This document shows positions 62,025 through 64,000 of a stretch of DNA of 64,000 nucleotides, in pieces. Numbering within the stretch: position 1 is the first letter of the stretch; every line of letters starts with the position of its first letter. Location: positions 544,001 through 608,000 of the forward strand of contig CAVQNG010000003.1 of the NCBI GenBank assembly GCA_963713825.1, written 5' to 3'. A model generated the notes under the pieces. That model made no database searches, was not told the origin of the DNA, and saw only the letters and a program-made list of their open reading frames with translations. Origin of the DNA: an uncultured Acidobacteriota bacterium (GTDB taxonomy: Bacteria > Acidobacteriota > Thermoanaerobaculia > Multivoradales > JAHEKO01). A program made the position numbers and the translations under genes.

Positions 62025-62084
62025 GCCTCCTTGGAAGAACGGTTTGGGTTGACGCACAAAAGGGCCGCAGAGGCGCCGGTCGAA

Positions 62085-63602
62085 TCAGGAAAGCGAGAAG
62101 AAGGATTGGATCTTCCGCAGAAAGGTCTTCTCATCTTCCACGGAGACTTCGGCTGCCGCTCGACTGCGGCGATCTTCCAGCGTCTCGAGGGTGTCAATGC
62201 GGCGGGCTGCCAGAGCTCGACTCAGGAGCTCGGCAATACGGGGGTCGGCTTCCAGGGTCAGGGCCAGTGCCTGCTTGGTGAGGACCAGAACACCGCACGC
62301 ATCTCTGGCGATGATCGTTGCGCTACGCGGCTCGCCAGTCAGCAGCGACATCTCGCCGAAGAAGGCTCCCTCTTCCAAGATCGCCAGGTCGACGTGCCTG
62401 CCCTCTGCCTCGGGATCCGACTTCGTCACCCGAACGGCACCCTTCTCGACCACGAACAGGGAGTCGCCATCCTCGTCCTCTCGTACGAGGACCTCGCCCG
62501 CATCGAAGAGCTTGCGCAGTGAAGATGCGGCGAGCTGCCGTACGATCTCGTCGTCGAGCTCTCGGAAGATATCGACCCTCGAGAACAGCTCGGATGCCTT
62601 GCGCAGTGCTTTGCTTTGCCGATGCTCCTCCATGTCGGGCGCTTCGTGCATGTGGATCGTGCGGATGGGGAAGGGAATCTCGATGCCGTGCCGCTTGAGC
62701 TGATACCAGATGCGCGAGTTGACACCATCCTTGAAGCGAGAGATGTTCGCCGCTCGCCGCGTCCATACCCGCATGAAGTACGTAATCGCGTGGTCGTCGA
62801 AGCTCTCGAGATGTACCCGCACCGGAGGGCGATCGAGTGCTCCTGGCGCAGACAGCGCCGCCTCCTGTAGGACTTCCTTGATCTCGGCTGGCGGAACTCC
62901 ATAGGGAAGACCTATGCGCAGCTCGACTGCGAACGGTCTCTCTCCGGAGCCGTAATTAATCAGCCGAGACACCGAGAGATTGGCGTTCGGCTCATAGACG
63001 TCGAGGCCCTCCTTGGTGCGCAGGTGAGTACTGCGCCAGGACATGTCCACCACCTGGGCCCGGACGCCCCCTTCGATCACCAACCAGTCACCCGGACGAA
63101 AGGGCTTCTCCAGATCGAGCGCCATGCCCGAGAAGACGTTCTTCAGCGTGTCCTGCAAAGCGAGGCCGATCACGGCGGACAGCACGGTCGAGGAGACCAG
63201 CACCGGCCCGATCGGCTGGTGCAGGATCTCGGTAACCGCGAAGAATCCGACGGCGATCAGGAGGCCCAGTCGTAAGACGTCGCGCGCCAGCTTCGGCACC
63301 AATGGTCCCTGGTCTCTGCCCCAGGGTCGTTGAAGAACCAAGGCATCCATGAAGGCATAGAGAACCAGGGTGGAGAACAACAGTGCAACGGTAGTAGCAA
63401 TGCCACCGAAGGCGGATCCGAGCAGGTCGATCCCCAGGGATCGCAGAATTGCCAGCACCGCTAAGCTCAAAGCCCAGAGGTGATAGACGACATTGAGGCT
63501 GAACCTGGGGACTTTCTTCCTCAACAGGAAGTACAGCGCCTCCAAGAACAGAAAGACTCCCGCACCAACTGCCAACGCCATCACCCACTGTCTCCAGGCC
63601 AT
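62085..63602 (-). CDS. MscS-family mechanosensitive channel with C-terminal cNMP-binding domain
   Basis: IGLALQDTLKN, PFRPGDW, GIEIPFP; FFGEMSLLTGEPRSAT. Confidence 0.92.
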   Translation of the reverse strand: MAWRQWVMALAVGAGVFLFLEALYFLLRKKVPRFSLNVVYHLWALSLAVLAILRSLGIDLLGSAFGGIATTVALLFSTLVLYAFMDALVLQRPWGRDQGPLVPKLARDVLRLGLLIAVGFFAVTEILHQPIGPVLVSSTVLSAVIGLALQDTLKNVFSGMALDLEKPFRPGDWLVIEGGVRAQVVDMSWRSTHLRTKEGLDVYEPNANLSVSRLINYGSGERPFAVELRIGLPYGVPPAEIKEVLQEAALSAPGALDRPPVRVHLESFDDHAITYFMRVWTRRAANISRFKDGVNSRIWYQLKRHGIEIPFPIRTIHMHEAPDMEEHRQSKALRKASELFSRVDIFRELDDEIVRQLAASSLRKLFDAGEVLVREDEDGDSLFVVEKGAVRVTKSDPEAEGRHVDLAILEEGAFFGEMSLLTGEPRSATIIARDACGVLVLTKQALALTLEADPRIAELLSRALAARRIDTLETLEDRRSRAAAEVSVEDEKTFLRKIQSFFSLS

Positions 63603-63732
63603 CGTGGTCTGAGCTTACTAGAAAGGCCGACTCTCACCCGAGAGATGAAAGGCTCTGATCCGGCTGTTCAGAGATAGACTTCCCATTCAAGAGTTGAACG
63701 ACCGATCGACCGGATCGAGGAGAGAAAAGCTC

Positions 63733-64000
63733 ATGAGAATCAAGCAGCCTTGGCTGGTGATTGTTCTAGCCGTCGCCCTGTTCAGCCTGACCATCGCCTG
63801 CTCATCTACCAAGACGGTCAAGGAACGGCCCTACAAAGGCCAGGCGGGACGCACTTTCATCAACGAGGAGTCAGGGCCCGCCTACGGTCTCGTGGTGGAG
63901 CTCTCCGGGAGCGCGATCGTCGTCACGGATCCCCAGACCGGCATGGCGGGACCATTCAAGAACGTCCAGGGTAATGGCACCACGCGCCTCACCTTGAGCA
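63733..64000 (+). CDS. Putative lipoprotein (3' truncated by window)
   Basis: GAGGAG RBS; MRIKQPWLVIVLAVALFSLTIAC lipobox; frame open to the window end. Confidence 0.65.
   Translation, partial: MRIKQPWLVIVLAVALFSLTIACSSTKTVKERPYKGQAGRTFINEESGPAYGLVVELSGSAIVVTDPQTGMAGPFKNVQGNGTTRLTLS

Noticed and set aside
61658-62197. 179-aa ORF across the cyclase-MscS gap
   Set aside because: Runs through non-coding repeat modules and overlaps mscS; no protein motifs.

Overview
High-GC bacterial chromosomal segment. The gene content (GWxTD protein, GTP-type PEPCK, SufU-type suf operon) suggests Acidobacteriota; this is an inference, not a database result. About 53 CDS and 2 tRNAs are supported. Housekeeping blocks: rrf2-sufBCDSU-pepF with a readable promoter and palindromic operator; rpsU-mutS2-dnaG-rpoD-tRNA-Asn; slt-tRNA(CAT)-zinc ribbon-rnhA-yggS-(AbiEii-like TA pair)-hutI; wzm-wzt-GWxTD. 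Signalling genes: PAS hybrid kinase, GGDEF-EAL, ECF sigma, CHASE2 adenylate cyclase, MscS-cNMP. No transposase, integrase, phage or CRISPR-Cas genes were seen. The least explained signal is non-coding. A dispersed ~150-nt modular repeat occurs in 5 full copies plus 1 partial; it consists of 45-48-nt hairpin units joined by a conserved TTTGAGGGCTTGGGGGTTGA linker and capped by (GGGGCGTA/GGGCTTAA)n octamers, and four copies start just after a stop codon in sense orientation. A second ~170-190-nt element with terminal inverted repeats occurs twice, and only one copy carries a GTAG-type REP doublet. Notable coding oddities: an extracellular nuclease with a near-identical triplicated ~210-aa domain, a GAF-like/acidic-linker/possible RomX-like protein, an M48-CHASE2 cyclase pair facing an MscS-cNMP channel, a Cys-tailed ECF sigma, and a WS/DGAT lacking its catalytic His. 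All family assignments are from motif recognition without database searches.
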